Source: a bacterium UBP13_UBA5359 (GTDB lineage: Bacteria; UBP13; UBA5359). Taken from it: a stretch of 64,000 bases of DNA. Shown here piece after piece: positions 23,052 through 32,344 of this stretch (positions are counted from its first letter, which is position 1; each line of letters starts with the position of its first letter). The notes beneath the pieces were generated by a model. That model did no database searches. It saw only the letters and a program-made list of their open reading frames with translations, and had not been told where the DNA came from. A program made the position numbers and the translations under genes. The stretch is taken from NCBI GenBank assembly GCA_002410925.1, contig DHPR01000010.1, positions 30,295 through 94,294 on the forward strand, given 5' to 3'.

Positions 23052-26036
23052 ATGGCCTGGATGAAAAAAGCCGTGAAAGTATCTTTGTCGTTGTTTATTG
23101 CCGTTTTGTTCTTCGGCGGTGCCAAGGGTGACCGTGCCTGGTCGGAAGAAGTGGTTTTCGATAAGCATTTTGCCAATACGACGTGCATACCCGGCTATTT
23201 TGGCGGGCAAGCTTGGGAGTTTGACGGCCAAAAGAGCCATGCAATCTTTAAAACGCCTTTAAGGGAACTCGATAAATTCTCGGTCTCTTGTCGAGTAAAG
23301 CCTTACAGCTTTCAAAGCGGTACGATCATGGAGATACCGGGAAAACTAGGTTTATATCTCGATATTTTCAATACACACTGGGTGCGTTTCAAAACAAGTT
23401 TTAATAATCATATTCTTTTCACACCCGGTAACATCGTCATTGGGCATGATGTTTGGACTCATGTTGCCGTCACTTACGATGGTCGGCAACTGAAACTGCT
23501 TGTCAACGGGGTGCCGCTGGCCGAAAAAACAATAGCAGGTCAAACCCTGACTATCGACAAGGTTTATTGGGGTGCGGGAGATAAAGGTCAAGCATCTTTT
23601 CAAGGCGGAATTGATGAGCCGACTGTAACTGCCGGCTTCTCCGATTTCACAGGCCTCCTTGAGAAAGATTTTATGCAAAAAATGAATTTGTCGAAAAAGA
23701 ATGGATCGATGGCAATAACCGATGTTTCATATAGGAATGGCTATTGCGTTGTCTGGGTAACGGGACCAACGGAGATGATAGCCAGAGATGCGGAGCCTGC
23801 TTTATCGAAGAAGGATGCCAAGGTGGAAATGGCGCAAAATGAAGTGGAAAGCCTACAGATCGTTATTCGTCCCTTGCAGGATCTGGATAATGTCGAAATA
23901 AAGGTCTCCGATCTCAAAAATGAGCGGGGGGATATGTTCCCTGCATCCGGGATCACCCTTCACAAAATAAAGTATATCTATAACCCGCCGGAGCTTTTCG
24001 GCACTGGATGTCGTCGGAAAAAGGATGGCTTCTATCCGGATGCGTTGCCAATAGTGAATGATCCTTGCAAGCTTCAATCATCAACAGGCAATCAGCCCTT
24101 TCTGCTTAGCTTTTCCACTTTTGACGGGGTGGCATCCGGAAAGTACAGCGGTCGCCTGGTGATTGAATCTGTAAACGCCCCGGCGATGACTATTCCGCTG
24201 GATGTTACTGTTTGGGACTTTGCTTTGACTCGGGAGTCCCATCTGCGTGGCGAGTTCAACATTCTTTATGGTCGGGGATGGAGGTTCCTCGAGAAGCATT
24301 ATGGCCTTAAATGGGGGAGCAAGGAATTAACGACGATGTATAAAAAATACTATCAGATGCTGCTGAATCATCGTTTAAATCCGAAGGAGATACCGGTGGA
24401 TCTCTTTTCCAGGGAAGCAGACGATTACTTGCGCGATTCGCGGTTGAACAGTCATCCTGTTTTTGAATATAGCGGCGGCTTGCGTTGGATAAAACGCAAA
24501 GGCGCATTTCCGGCAGAGGAATCAATAGATTATGTCGATAAAAGCAAATTGGAAAGAGCGGTTTCCCTATTGAAGCAGAAGGGGCATTGGCACAAGAGTT
24601 ATTTTTGCCCTCAAAATATTATTGATGAAGCAGGTCCAGCAGAGGCTCATTATGTTCATAGAGTAAAGAAGCTTTTCACGGAGATTGCTGCGGATGCCAA
24701 GTTGGCATTGGCATGCAACTATCACTCTGAACTGGAGGGAGCGGTAGATATTTGGATGCTGCATTGCCTGAAGTTCAACCCCTTTCTGGCTAAAATGCTT
24801 CAGGCGAAGGGCAACGAAGTATATCTTTATTTGGCCGACAGCATGGGAGGACGATATCCGAATTATTACCTCAGTTTTCCCCGTTCTGAAACCAGAGCAA
24901 TGGGTTGGTTATATTGGCTTTATGATCTTCAGGGATATGAATATTATTCCGTTAATTTATGGTACAAGAACCCTTGGCAAAAAGCCATGCCCAGTAACAA
25001 CGAGGATGAGAATTTCCAGGGTGTGCTCATCTATCCTGGTCCGGACGGCCCAGTCAGTTCTTTGCGATTGGAGGCCATCAGGGATGGTATGGAAGATTAT
25101 GAATATTTATGGCAGCTAAAAAAAAGGCTCCGTTCGGTCTCTGAAAAGCTAAACCTGTCCGATGAGGGTATAGATAAAATGGTAAAGCGATGCTGCGAAT
25201 TTGTTGCACCGGCATTAAACAGAGTGCCGAACAAGCCGAGCGTAATCTATAAAATGAGAAAAAGACTCGCTGAGAAAATACTTCTTTTGGATAGAGATAT
25301 CTGGCTTGATGTTCCGTTCGATAAAATATTCATCGGCCATGACGAAAAAAATATCATGATAAAGGGCAAAGTTCTCTCTGGAACATTTTTGCAAATTAAT
25401 GATCAAAAAATCAAAGTCGCCGAGGACGGAACCTTTAGTTTTGAATGGCGTATACCGCATGGCAATGAAGTCTGCATAACGATAAACAATGGTACCCTTA
25501 CCTTTTATCGTGAAAAGAAGAGAATGAACGATAAATATGGTTGGGCGGAAACAATCGATGTCGCTGACGGCAGCCCTGCCGGGCGATATGATTTCAACCT
25601 GGATATTGTCAGGGTGGCAAAGAAGAATCCTGCTTTGGATCTAGTGAACTATGTTATGCCGAATATTCCCATGGTGGGACTGATGGAAAAGGGAAAAGCC
25701 TTTGTTGATTTTCAGATTGCCATCCCACAGAGCATCAGGACTTGTCAGCTCTCTTTTGCCTCGCTTCAAGGAGCGAACAGCGGGAATTATGTAAATGTAT
25801 ATGTCGGAAGCGCCGGCAGTTGGAAGAGGGTCTATGAAGGGAAAAACGGCTACAGTGATTGCCGGCTTTACGATGTGACTATTTCTGCTGATGACCTGCT
25901 TCCGCATTGTAGCGCCAAAGAATCTTTATTGCTTCGTCTGGAGTTTGTGAATATCTCCGGCAGAGGCTTTGCAGGTATCTCTTCGCATTCATGTAAGCCG
26001 TTTTTTACGGCTCTTTGCAATGGTATCGATATGTAG
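23052..26036 (+). CDS. Secreted LamG-domain protein with DUF4091/GH123-like region
   Basis: Signal peptide and an N-terminal LamG-like domain. Shares the motif YPGPDGPVSSLRLEAIRDGMEDYEYL with the 27195..28847 gene product. Confidence 0.45.
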   Translation: MAWMKKAVKVSLSLFIAVLFFGGAKGDRAWSEEVVFDKHFANTTCIPGYFGGQAWEFDGQKSHAIFKTPLRELDKFSVSCRVKPYSFQSGTIMEIPGKLGLYLDIFNTHWVRFKTSFNNHILFTPGNIVIGHDVWTHVAVTYDGRQLKLLVNGVPLAEKTIAGQTLTIDKVYWGAGDKGQASFQGGIDEPTVTAGFSDFTGLLEKDFMQKMNLSKKNGSMAITDVSYRNGYCVVWVTGPTEMIARDAEPALSKKDAKVEMAQNEVESLQIVIRPLQDLDNVEIKVSDLKNERGDMFPASGITLHKIKYIYNPPELFGTGCRRKKDGFYPDALPIVNDPCKLQSSTGNQPFLLSFSTFDGVASGKYSGRLVIESVNAPAMTIPLDVTVWDFALTRESHLRGEFNILYGRGWRFLEKHYGLKWGSKELTTMYKKYYQMLLNHRLNPKEIPVDLFSREADDYLRDSRLNSHPVFEYSGGLRWIKRKGAFPAEESIDYVDKSKLERAVSLLKQKGHWHKSYFCPQNIIDEAGPAEAHYVHRVKKLFTEIAADAKLALACNYHSELEGAVDIWMLHCLKFNPFLAKMLQAKGNEVYLYLADSMGGRYPNYYLSFPRSETRAMGWLYWLYDLQGYEYYSVNLWYKNPWQKAMPSNNEDENFQGVLIYPGPDGPVSSLRLEAIRDGMEDYEYLWQLKKRLRSVSEKLNLSDEGIDKMVKRCCEFVAPALNRVPNKPSVIYKMRKRLAEKILLLDRDIWLDVPFDKIFIGHDEKNIMIKGKVLSGTFLQINDQKIKVAEDGTFSFEWRIPHGNEVCITINNGTLTFYREKKRMNDKYGWAETIDVADGSPAGRYDFNLDIVRVAKKNPALDLVNYVMPNIPMVGLMEKGKAFVDFQIAIPQSIRTCQLSFASLQGANSGNYVNVYVGSAGSWKRVYEGKNGYSDCRLYDVTISADDLLPHCSAKESLLLRLEFVNISGRGFAGISSHSCKPFFTALCNGIDM

Positions 26037-26107
26037 CAAAAAGGTTGGGATAGAAGCTTGTCCGGTAATCTCTGTTTCTAAAAAAGCGATGTCGGAGGGA
26101 TAAGATA

Positions 26108-27202
26108 ATGCGGATGAAAATTGCTTTGGTGGTTTTACTCTTTTTAGCCATACCCGTGAAGAATATTTCCGCGCTGGTGTATGACCTGGATTGCTCTGCT
26201 CCGGCAGTAAACGGCATGGTAGTTAATGAAAAAGGAGTTCCTATCTTTAATGCTGTCAGCATGATGGTCTCCGTTGATCCGGGTGCAACATTCAAATACT
26301 ATATGGTGAGTGATTTCAACGGCTGGCTTTTTTATGATCATTTTGATGCTCTGGAAGTGGGCTACAGAGGCGGATTTGCGGTAACGGCTTATCATCATGG
26401 TCATGAAACGGCTACCGCTTACGGCGTTGTTGCCGGAGATATGCTGTATGGGAAAAAGTCTTTGAAATTGAAGAAGGGAAAACGGAGCAGCAAAACAGAA
26501 TTTGTAGGAGGGACCGTTACTGCCGCACCACCGGGTGTTTATCTGGCTTTTTGGAAAAACGAGATATTGAAACGCTACGATGCGGTCGTTTTTTGTTCGC
26601 TTCCCTGGCGGAATATTAGCCTGCGCGTGGCCAGTGGCAGTAAAAGCGAAAATCGGGCTAAGCAATACAATAATAGCTACTTTTTTCACTATTCACCGGC
26701 TGCATCCGAGCGATTCGCTGTGTTTAAATTGCAAGGATACGACAACCGCGGCAAAAGATGTGAACGGTTATTCAAGATGAACTTTGATGCCGATTATCAA
26801 AACACCGGTTTTCTTTCTCGTAACGGAGGCGTTATTCCCATTGGCAAGGATGATCGAAGCCGGCTGGAGGTATTGCCGGGAACTTATTCGGGCAGGCACA
26901 ATGTAGCCATAACCATCAGGCGTTACTCTTCAAAGGAGCCTTCTCAACCGGGATATATTTATGAACTTGCGCCTGAATTGAGTTTTCGCCGGGATGCGGA
27001 TCTGGTTCTGGCTCTACCCGAATGGGGTGCGCCTGCGGCCTGGAAGGTGGCTCGCTATGATGAAGAAACGAAAAAGTGGCTGAAGTGCCGATATGATACG
27101 GATGCCGCTGCCGGAGTTGTACGCATCAAAACGAGACGGACGGGCAAGTTTCGTCTCAGCCTGGAGGAGAAAATGTTAGGGGAGGACAAAGGAGATGAGT
27201 AA
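26108..27202 (+). CDS. Secreted hypothetical protein
   Basis: Signal peptide (MRMKIALVVLLFLAIPVKNISA). The stop overlaps the next start. Confidence 0.4.
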   Translation: MRMKIALVVLLFLAIPVKNISALVYDLDCSAPAVNGMVVNEKGVPIFNAVSMMVSVDPGATFKYYMVSDFNGWLFYDHFDALEVGYRGGFAVTAYHHGHETATAYGVVAGDMLYGKKSLKLKKGKRSSKTEFVGGTVTAAPPGVYLAFWKNEILKRYDAVVFCSLPWRNISLRVASGSKSENRAKQYNNSYFFHYSPAASERFAVFKLQGYDNRGKRCERLFKMNFDADYQNTGFLSRNGGVIPIGKDDRSRLEVLPGTYSGRHNVAITIRRYSSKEPSQPGYIYELAPELSFRRDADLVLALPEWGAPAAWKVARYDEETKKWLKCRYDTDAAAGVVRIKTRRTGKFRLSLEEKMLGEDKGDE

Positions 27203-28847
27203 TACCGCGAAAATAAACAACCATGATCAATCCGGAATAATCAGTGTCTGGCTGGCAAACTCGTTACGCCGTTTCTACTTGGCATCACCAGCGGAAGAGT
27301 ATAAGCCACTGTTGCTTGAGGCTGCCCGGGGAGAACGTTGTTCTTTTCAGGTTGTTATCCGTACCGGAGAACGCCCGCTAACAGTTTGCGCCGAGGCGCA
27401 TGCTATCGGCGATTTGCCTGTAGAGGTGCGTCTGGCAGGTTATGTACCCATTCGGCATCTGACTATGGAAACACCGCTTGATGATATTGAGGGAGCCGGT
27501 TTCCTTCCCGGATATGCGCCGGACCCTCTTCTGCCAGTGAGTTTAGTGCAGGCAGGAGCGCATGAAACACATTCCTTCTGGATTACCGTTCAGGTGGGAA
27601 CGGAGGTCACACCAGGGCGCCATACGATTATGGTTATAATCCGGTCAGGGAAGTTAACGCCGCTATCCTGCGAGGTTACAGTGCTGGTGCACCGAGCCAT
27701 ATTACCGCCACGACGCAATTTCCCGGTAACACAGTGGTTCTATGCTGATGCACTTTGCGATTGGTACAAAGTGGAGCTCTTTGAAGAGCCTTTCTGGAAA
27801 ATCTTGAAAAGGTATTTATCCGATCTAAGCTTGCATGGGCAGGATACCGTCTATGTGCCGGCCTTCACGCCTTCCCTTGACGGAGTTAAGCGCCCGACAC
27901 AACTCTTGGATGTGCAAATCGAACAGGGTGAATACCGTTTTGACTGGTCCATGGTGGCTGCCTGGGTAAAAATGGCCAGAGAATGCGGCTTGTCCCGGTT
28001 TGAATGGCCGCATCTCTTTACTCAGTGGGGGGCAGACCGGGCAATCCGCATTTACGAGGGCCGGGCGGAAAACGGTAATCTTCTATGGCCGCCGGAAACC
28101 GGAGCGCTTTCCGAAACCTATCGCCGTTTCCTAGCTCGGTATCTTAGCGAACTGGAGCGCTTTCTGCATCTGGAAAAACTGACTGATTGCAGCTTTTTTC
28201 ATCTCTCTGACGAACCTCATGAGGACAGTCATTTTATCAACTATCGTGCAGCCAGAGGCATGTTAAGAGAACTGGCTCCGTGGATGAAGATCACGGATGC
28301 CTTGAGTGAACTTAAGTTTGCTTACGAGGGCTTGGTAGATATACCTGTGCCCGGTGTGCAACATGCTCCTGATTTTGTGGAGAAGGACTTCTTTGCCTGG
28401 GCTTATTTTTGTTGCGGCCCGCGCGGTCGCTATCTGAATCGTTTTCTGGATACACCTCTACTCAAATTAAGAATGGCCGGGTGGCTCTTTTTTAAACTGC
28501 AGGCCAGGGGATTTCTACATTGGGGGTATAACTACTGGTATAGATTTCAGACGACAGAGCTTATCGATCCGTATGCTGTTACCGACGGCCTTGCTTGGCC
28601 TAAAATCCCGCCCGGCGATACCTTTGTCGTCTATCCGGGAACGGACGGTCCGGTAGATTCCCTGCGCTGGGAAGTCTTTGCCGAGAGCCTTCAGGATTAT
28701 ACTTTGCTGCAGGCTGCCGCATCTGATCCAAACGCCCCAATGCTTGCCGGCATTCATGACTATGCCGATTTCCCACGTGATGTCGGCTGGATTGCTGCCC
28801 GTCGCAGCAAACTTCTGGCTGAGTTGGATAAGATAAATATGAAATAA
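27195..28847 (+). CDS. DUF4091/GH123-like protein, cytoplasmic paralog of the 23052..26036 C-terminal region
   Basis: No signal peptide. Motif VYPGTDGPVDSLRWEVF is paralogous to the motif in the upstream LamG fusion. Confidence 0.4.
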   Translation: MSNTAKINNHDQSGIISVWLANSLRRFYLASPAEEYKPLLLEAARGERCSFQVVIRTGERPLTVCAEAHAIGDLPVEVRLAGYVPIRHLTMETPLDDIEGAGFLPGYAPDPLLPVSLVQAGAHETHSFWITVQVGTEVTPGRHTIMVIIRSGKLTPLSCEVTVLVHRAILPPRRNFPVTQWFYADALCDWYKVELFEEPFWKILKRYLSDLSLHGQDTVYVPAFTPSLDGVKRPTQLLDVQIEQGEYRFDWSMVAAWVKMARECGLSRFEWPHLFTQWGADRAIRIYEGRAENGNLLWPPETGALSETYRRFLARYLSELERFLHLEKLTDCSFFHLSDEPHEDSHFINYRAARGMLRELAPWMKITDALSELKFAYEGLVDIPVPGVQHAPDFVEKDFFAWAYFCCGPRGRYLNRFLDTPLLKLRMAGWLFFKLQARGFLHWGYNYWYRFQTTELIDPYAVTDGLAWPKIPPGDTFVVYPGTDGPVDSLRWEVFAESLQDYTLLQAAASDPNAPMLAGIHDYADFPRDVGWIAARRSKLLAELDKINMK

Positions 28848-28866
28848 TCTAAGGGGCGATTTACCG

Positions 28867-29886
28867 ATGAAGATACAAAGGCATGCCGGCAACCCTATAC
28901 TTAAACCCGAACCCCTTAATCCCTGGGAGAGTATGGCAGTTTGCAATCCTACCGTTTGGTATGAGAACGGTCTCTTCCGCATGCTCTACCGGGCTGCCGG
29001 TGATGATGAGGCACACCGTATTTATCTGGGCCTGGCGGAGAGCCGGGACGGCATCAACTTTAAACGCGTATCTAACGATCCCGTGCTGGCCCCAAGTGCG
29101 GACGGCCCTGATGCCGGCTGCATTGAAGATCCTCGGGTGGTGAGGTTCGAAGGAGTCTTTTACATTACCTATGCCTATCGCCCCTTCCCTCCCGGGCGCT
29201 ACTGGCTGCATCCGGAAGGCATGGCTTACGCTCCCGGCAGCCCTGAAGGAGCGCCGCGGCTGATAAGAGAAAACCTGACCAATACCGGCCTGGCCATGTC
29301 TACCGATCTGCAAACTTTTATCCGGCTGGGACGCTTGACCGAAGCTAATTCAGATAACCGTGACGTGATGTTTTTTCCCGAGCGCATAAAAGGCAAATAT
29401 GTCCTTTTGCATCGAAAAAAGGAGTTGCCGGATACACCTTTCCCATCCATAAGGATCTCCTTTATGGAAGATCTGTTCGATTATAACGATGGTTTTCTGT
29501 TGGCCAGAAACCGGTACTGGTGGGAAACTAAAATGGGCGCCGGTTGCCCGCCGCTACGGACGGACGACGGCTGGCTGCTAATATACCATGCGGTCTGCCG
29601 CAAGGGAATATATCGTGCCGGGGCCATGCTTCTTGATCTGGAGAATCCTCGGGAAGTGATTGCACGCACGGCGGAACCTATACTTGAGCCGAAGTGTAAT
29701 TACGAGTGTTCCGGGCTTTACAGCGATTGCGTTTTTCCTACCGGTGCCGTCGTCGTTGGTGATATCCTCTATATTTACTATGGGGCGGCTGACAAGTGCA
29801 TCTGCTTGGCTACATGCAAGTTAAGCCGGCTTATAGATCACCTGTTGAAGAGAAGAAGGTTGATGCTCTTTGGAGCAAGCCTCTGA
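28867..29886 (+). CDS. GH130 family glycoside phosphorylase (beta-mannoside phosphorylase-like)
   Basis: N-terminal NPILKP ... WES ... CNPTV ... LYRAAG ... LGLAESRDGINF and a C-terminal YIYYGAADKCI pattern. Confidence 0.7.
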   Translation: MKIQRHAGNPILKPEPLNPWESMAVCNPTVWYENGLFRMLYRAAGDDEAHRIYLGLAESRDGINFKRVSNDPVLAPSADGPDAGCIEDPRVVRFEGVFYITYAYRPFPPGRYWLHPEGMAYAPGSPEGAPRLIRENLTNTGLAMSTDLQTFIRLGRLTEANSDNRDVMFFPERIKGKYVLLHRKKELPDTPFPSIRISFMEDLFDYNDGFLLARNRYWWETKMGAGCPPLRTDDGWLLIYHAVCRKGIYRAGAMLLDLENPREVIARTAEPILEPKCNYECSGLYSDCVFPTGAVVVGDILYIYYGAADKCICLATCKLSRLIDHLLKRRRLMLFGASL

Positions 29887-30532
29887 AGAATTCTTGAGAG
29901 GGTTATTAGTTAAGCCTTATTCTCAAAGGGTATGCCAATTATCTGCTGGCTCATAAGATTCTTCCTCTTCGATGTAACGGATGCCGTGCCGCCGGCATAG
30001 TGCTTCTAGTTTAAGAGAGAAGCGTAAGAGAAAGAATGCCATGTATGTCGCCAACAGAGATTACGGGTATAGCCGCGAGAGATAAGCGATTGTCCGAGAC
30101 CGCATCACTCAATCGCCGGCAAGATTATCTTAAGCTTGAAAAGCAATCAATTGAAAAAGTGATCACATAAGCCGGTAATAAATTGTTGCCCTTATCTTCA
30201 TAAGTTATTTGCTATGGGAGGCCAACCGTTTGAAGATAAACGCTCGTCTTCTCTATAGTACCATAGAGATTACAGCTATTGCTGTTATTTGCCGGCAAGC
30301 GTATTTGCCTTCGCTCTTCAAGTAAACTCCAATGCCGGATTCACAGTTGATAATTCCCCCCGCTTTTGCTACTATCCAATAGTAAGACAAAACTTTAAAG
30401 GAATTACGCAGTTGCCTGCCAAACGGATAAAGCTGTTGCCCTGCTTGCTTTGAACGACCATGCACACCAGCCAAGCTGTAATTCGTACCATGAACCGGCC
30501 ATCCAAAAAACCACAGACGAAAGGTTACTGTT

Positions 30533-31111
30533 TTGCAACGCAAAGAAATCGAAAAGAAGCTTGAAAAAATGATTGGCCGTGAGCGGCTGCTGCATTCCAT
30601 TGGCGTGGCTGATGTTGCTGCTGATCTGGCCGTGATACATGGATGTGACAGAGAGAAGGCTCAGACAGCCGGCTTGCTGCATGATTGTGCCAAGGCTCTT
30701 ACGCCTGAAGATATGATGAAGCTGATCTCTTCCGAAGGATTGGCAATCGATGAAGAGGAGAGATTGGAGCCCGGTTTACTCCATGCCCCGGTAGGTGCTA
30801 TAATTGCCAGTAAGAGTTTCGGTGTGGAAGACAGGGATATCCTGAGAGCGATAGCAAGACATACGACCGGAGACAGTGATATGACCTGTCTGGATAAGAT
30901 AATATATTTGGCGGACGCCATCGAGCCGGGACGAACGTTTCCCGGGGCGGATGAGCTTAGAAAGCTGAGCCGCCGTGACCTCGACGAAGCCGTTCTTATG
31001 CTTCAGGAGAGGACGATAAATCGCTTGCTTCACAGGAGAACCATTATCCACAGCCGGACTATTGCTGCCAGAAACGATCTGCTGAAAAGGCATATGCACC
31101 GGAGAGGTTAA
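30533..31111 (+). CDS. yqeK: HD-domain bis(5'-nucleosyl)-tetraphosphatase (YqeK family)
   Basis: HSIGVA ... AGLLHDCAK HD motif; about 190 aa. Confidence 0.75.
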   Translation: MQRKEIEKKLEKMIGRERLLHSIGVADVAADLAVIHGCDREKAQTAGLLHDCAKALTPEDMMKLISSEGLAIDEEERLEPGLLHAPVGAIIASKSFGVEDRDILRAIARHTTGDSDMTCLDKIIYLADAIEPGRTFPGADELRKLSRRDLDEAVLMLQERTINRLLHRRTIIHSRTIAARNDLLKRHMHRRG

Positions 31112-32316
31112 TGGTTGATCAGAATAGCGATAGTAAATCATTAGAGCATAAGAATAAGCGGGATATCATAGATAATCTCATTTTAATTGCCGTTGTTGCT
31201 ATTCTGGTAGTGTTGCTGGTTCAGGCATATTCTCTTTGGAAGGGTATCAAAGGTCCTATCGATATATTCAATCCGCCCTTTCAGGGCAGGGAAGAGCTTA
31301 CCATTCTCCTTGTAGGTGTGGATGGGGTTGGGGAACATCAGCGAACGGACACTATAATGCTGGCCCGCATGAATTTAAAGAATAAGTATATGGGCATTCT
31401 CTCCATACCTCGTGATTCCAGAGTAGATATACCGGGATACGGCATAGAAAAGGTGAATGCAGCTTTTGCTCGCGGCGGCATAGAGCTGACCAAAGATACT
31501 CTTCAAAGCGTAATAGGCTTGCCTATGGATTATTACGTCATCGTTGATTTTGACGGGTTTAAATCTTTTATCGATGCTCTGGGCGGGGTAGATATAGTTG
31601 TGGATAAGAGAATGCGTTATCGCGACCGATCCCAAAAATTGAATATAGATTTGCATCCCGGCCTGCAGCATCTTAACGGCGAGCAGGCTATGGGCTTTGT
31701 TCGTTTTCGCCATGATGTTATGGGGGATATTACTCGTATAGGACGCCAGCAGCAGTTTGTTCAGGCAGTCAGCAAGCGTTTTATGTGTGCTTACAATATA
31801 GCCAAATTGCCATCATTGGTGGAGCAGCTTCGGGATAATATCAAAACCGATATGTCGACAAAAGACCTTATTACCCTGGCCAAGATAATGAAAAAAGAGG
31901 ATCAGCTTGCAATTAAGGCAGCTACTCTTCCGGGAACCCCGACCAATATCGGAGGTATAAGCTTTTGGCAGATAGACTCTGAGGCTGCCTATAGAGAGAT
32001 CAACAGCATCTTCTTTCCGCCATTTGAGGAGGAAAAGAGGAGCGGCAATAAAGAGATGGGTGTAGAAGTTTTAAACGGGTGCGGCATAGCCGGCATAGCC
32101 GACCAGGTGGCGAAAGCTCTCTCGGATAAGGGATACGGCATCCATAAGACCGGCAATGCCGATCACTTCGATTATCGTTCTTCCAAAGTAATAGTCAGCC
32201 GATCTGCTACCAGAGAGGGGCGCCGTATTTGCGATCTCCTTAGCATAAAGAATATGCAGGTTGATAAAAAGAAGGATTGCATAACCGTTATTATAGGATT
32301 CGATTATTGCCCTTAG
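31111..32316 (+). CDS. LytR-CpsA-Psr (LCP) family cell-envelope glycopolymer transferase
   Basis: N-terminal TM segment, LCP core (TDTIMLARMN ... SIPRDSRVDIPGYG ... VNAAFARGG) and a C-terminal LytR_C-like region. Confidence 0.8.
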   Translation: MVDQNSDSKSLEHKNKRDIIDNLILIAVVAILVVLLVQAYSLWKGIKGPIDIFNPPFQGREELTILLVGVDGVGEHQRTDTIMLARMNLKNKYMGILSIPRDSRVDIPGYGIEKVNAAFARGGIELTKDTLQSVIGLPMDYYVIVDFDGFKSFIDALGGVDIVVDKRMRYRDRSQKLNIDLHPGLQHLNGEQAMGFVRFRHDVMGDITRIGRQQQFVQAVSKRFMCAYNIAKLPSLVEQLRDNIKTDMSTKDLITLAKIMKKEDQLAIKAATLPGTPTNIGGISFWQIDSEAAYREINSIFFPPFEEEKRSGNKEMGVEVLNGCGIAGIADQVAKALSDKGYGIHKTGNADHFDYRSSKVIVSRSATREGRRICDLLSIKNMQVDKKKDCITVIIGFDYCP

Positions 32317-32344
32317 TCAGCTATGTAACAGCCTAAATACCGGG

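Noticed and set aside
30253-30682. Minus-strand ORFs of 115 and 92 aa in the long gap upstream of yqeK
   Set aside because: No RBS, no recognisable domains, and the second overlaps the yqeK start. Most likely non-coding.
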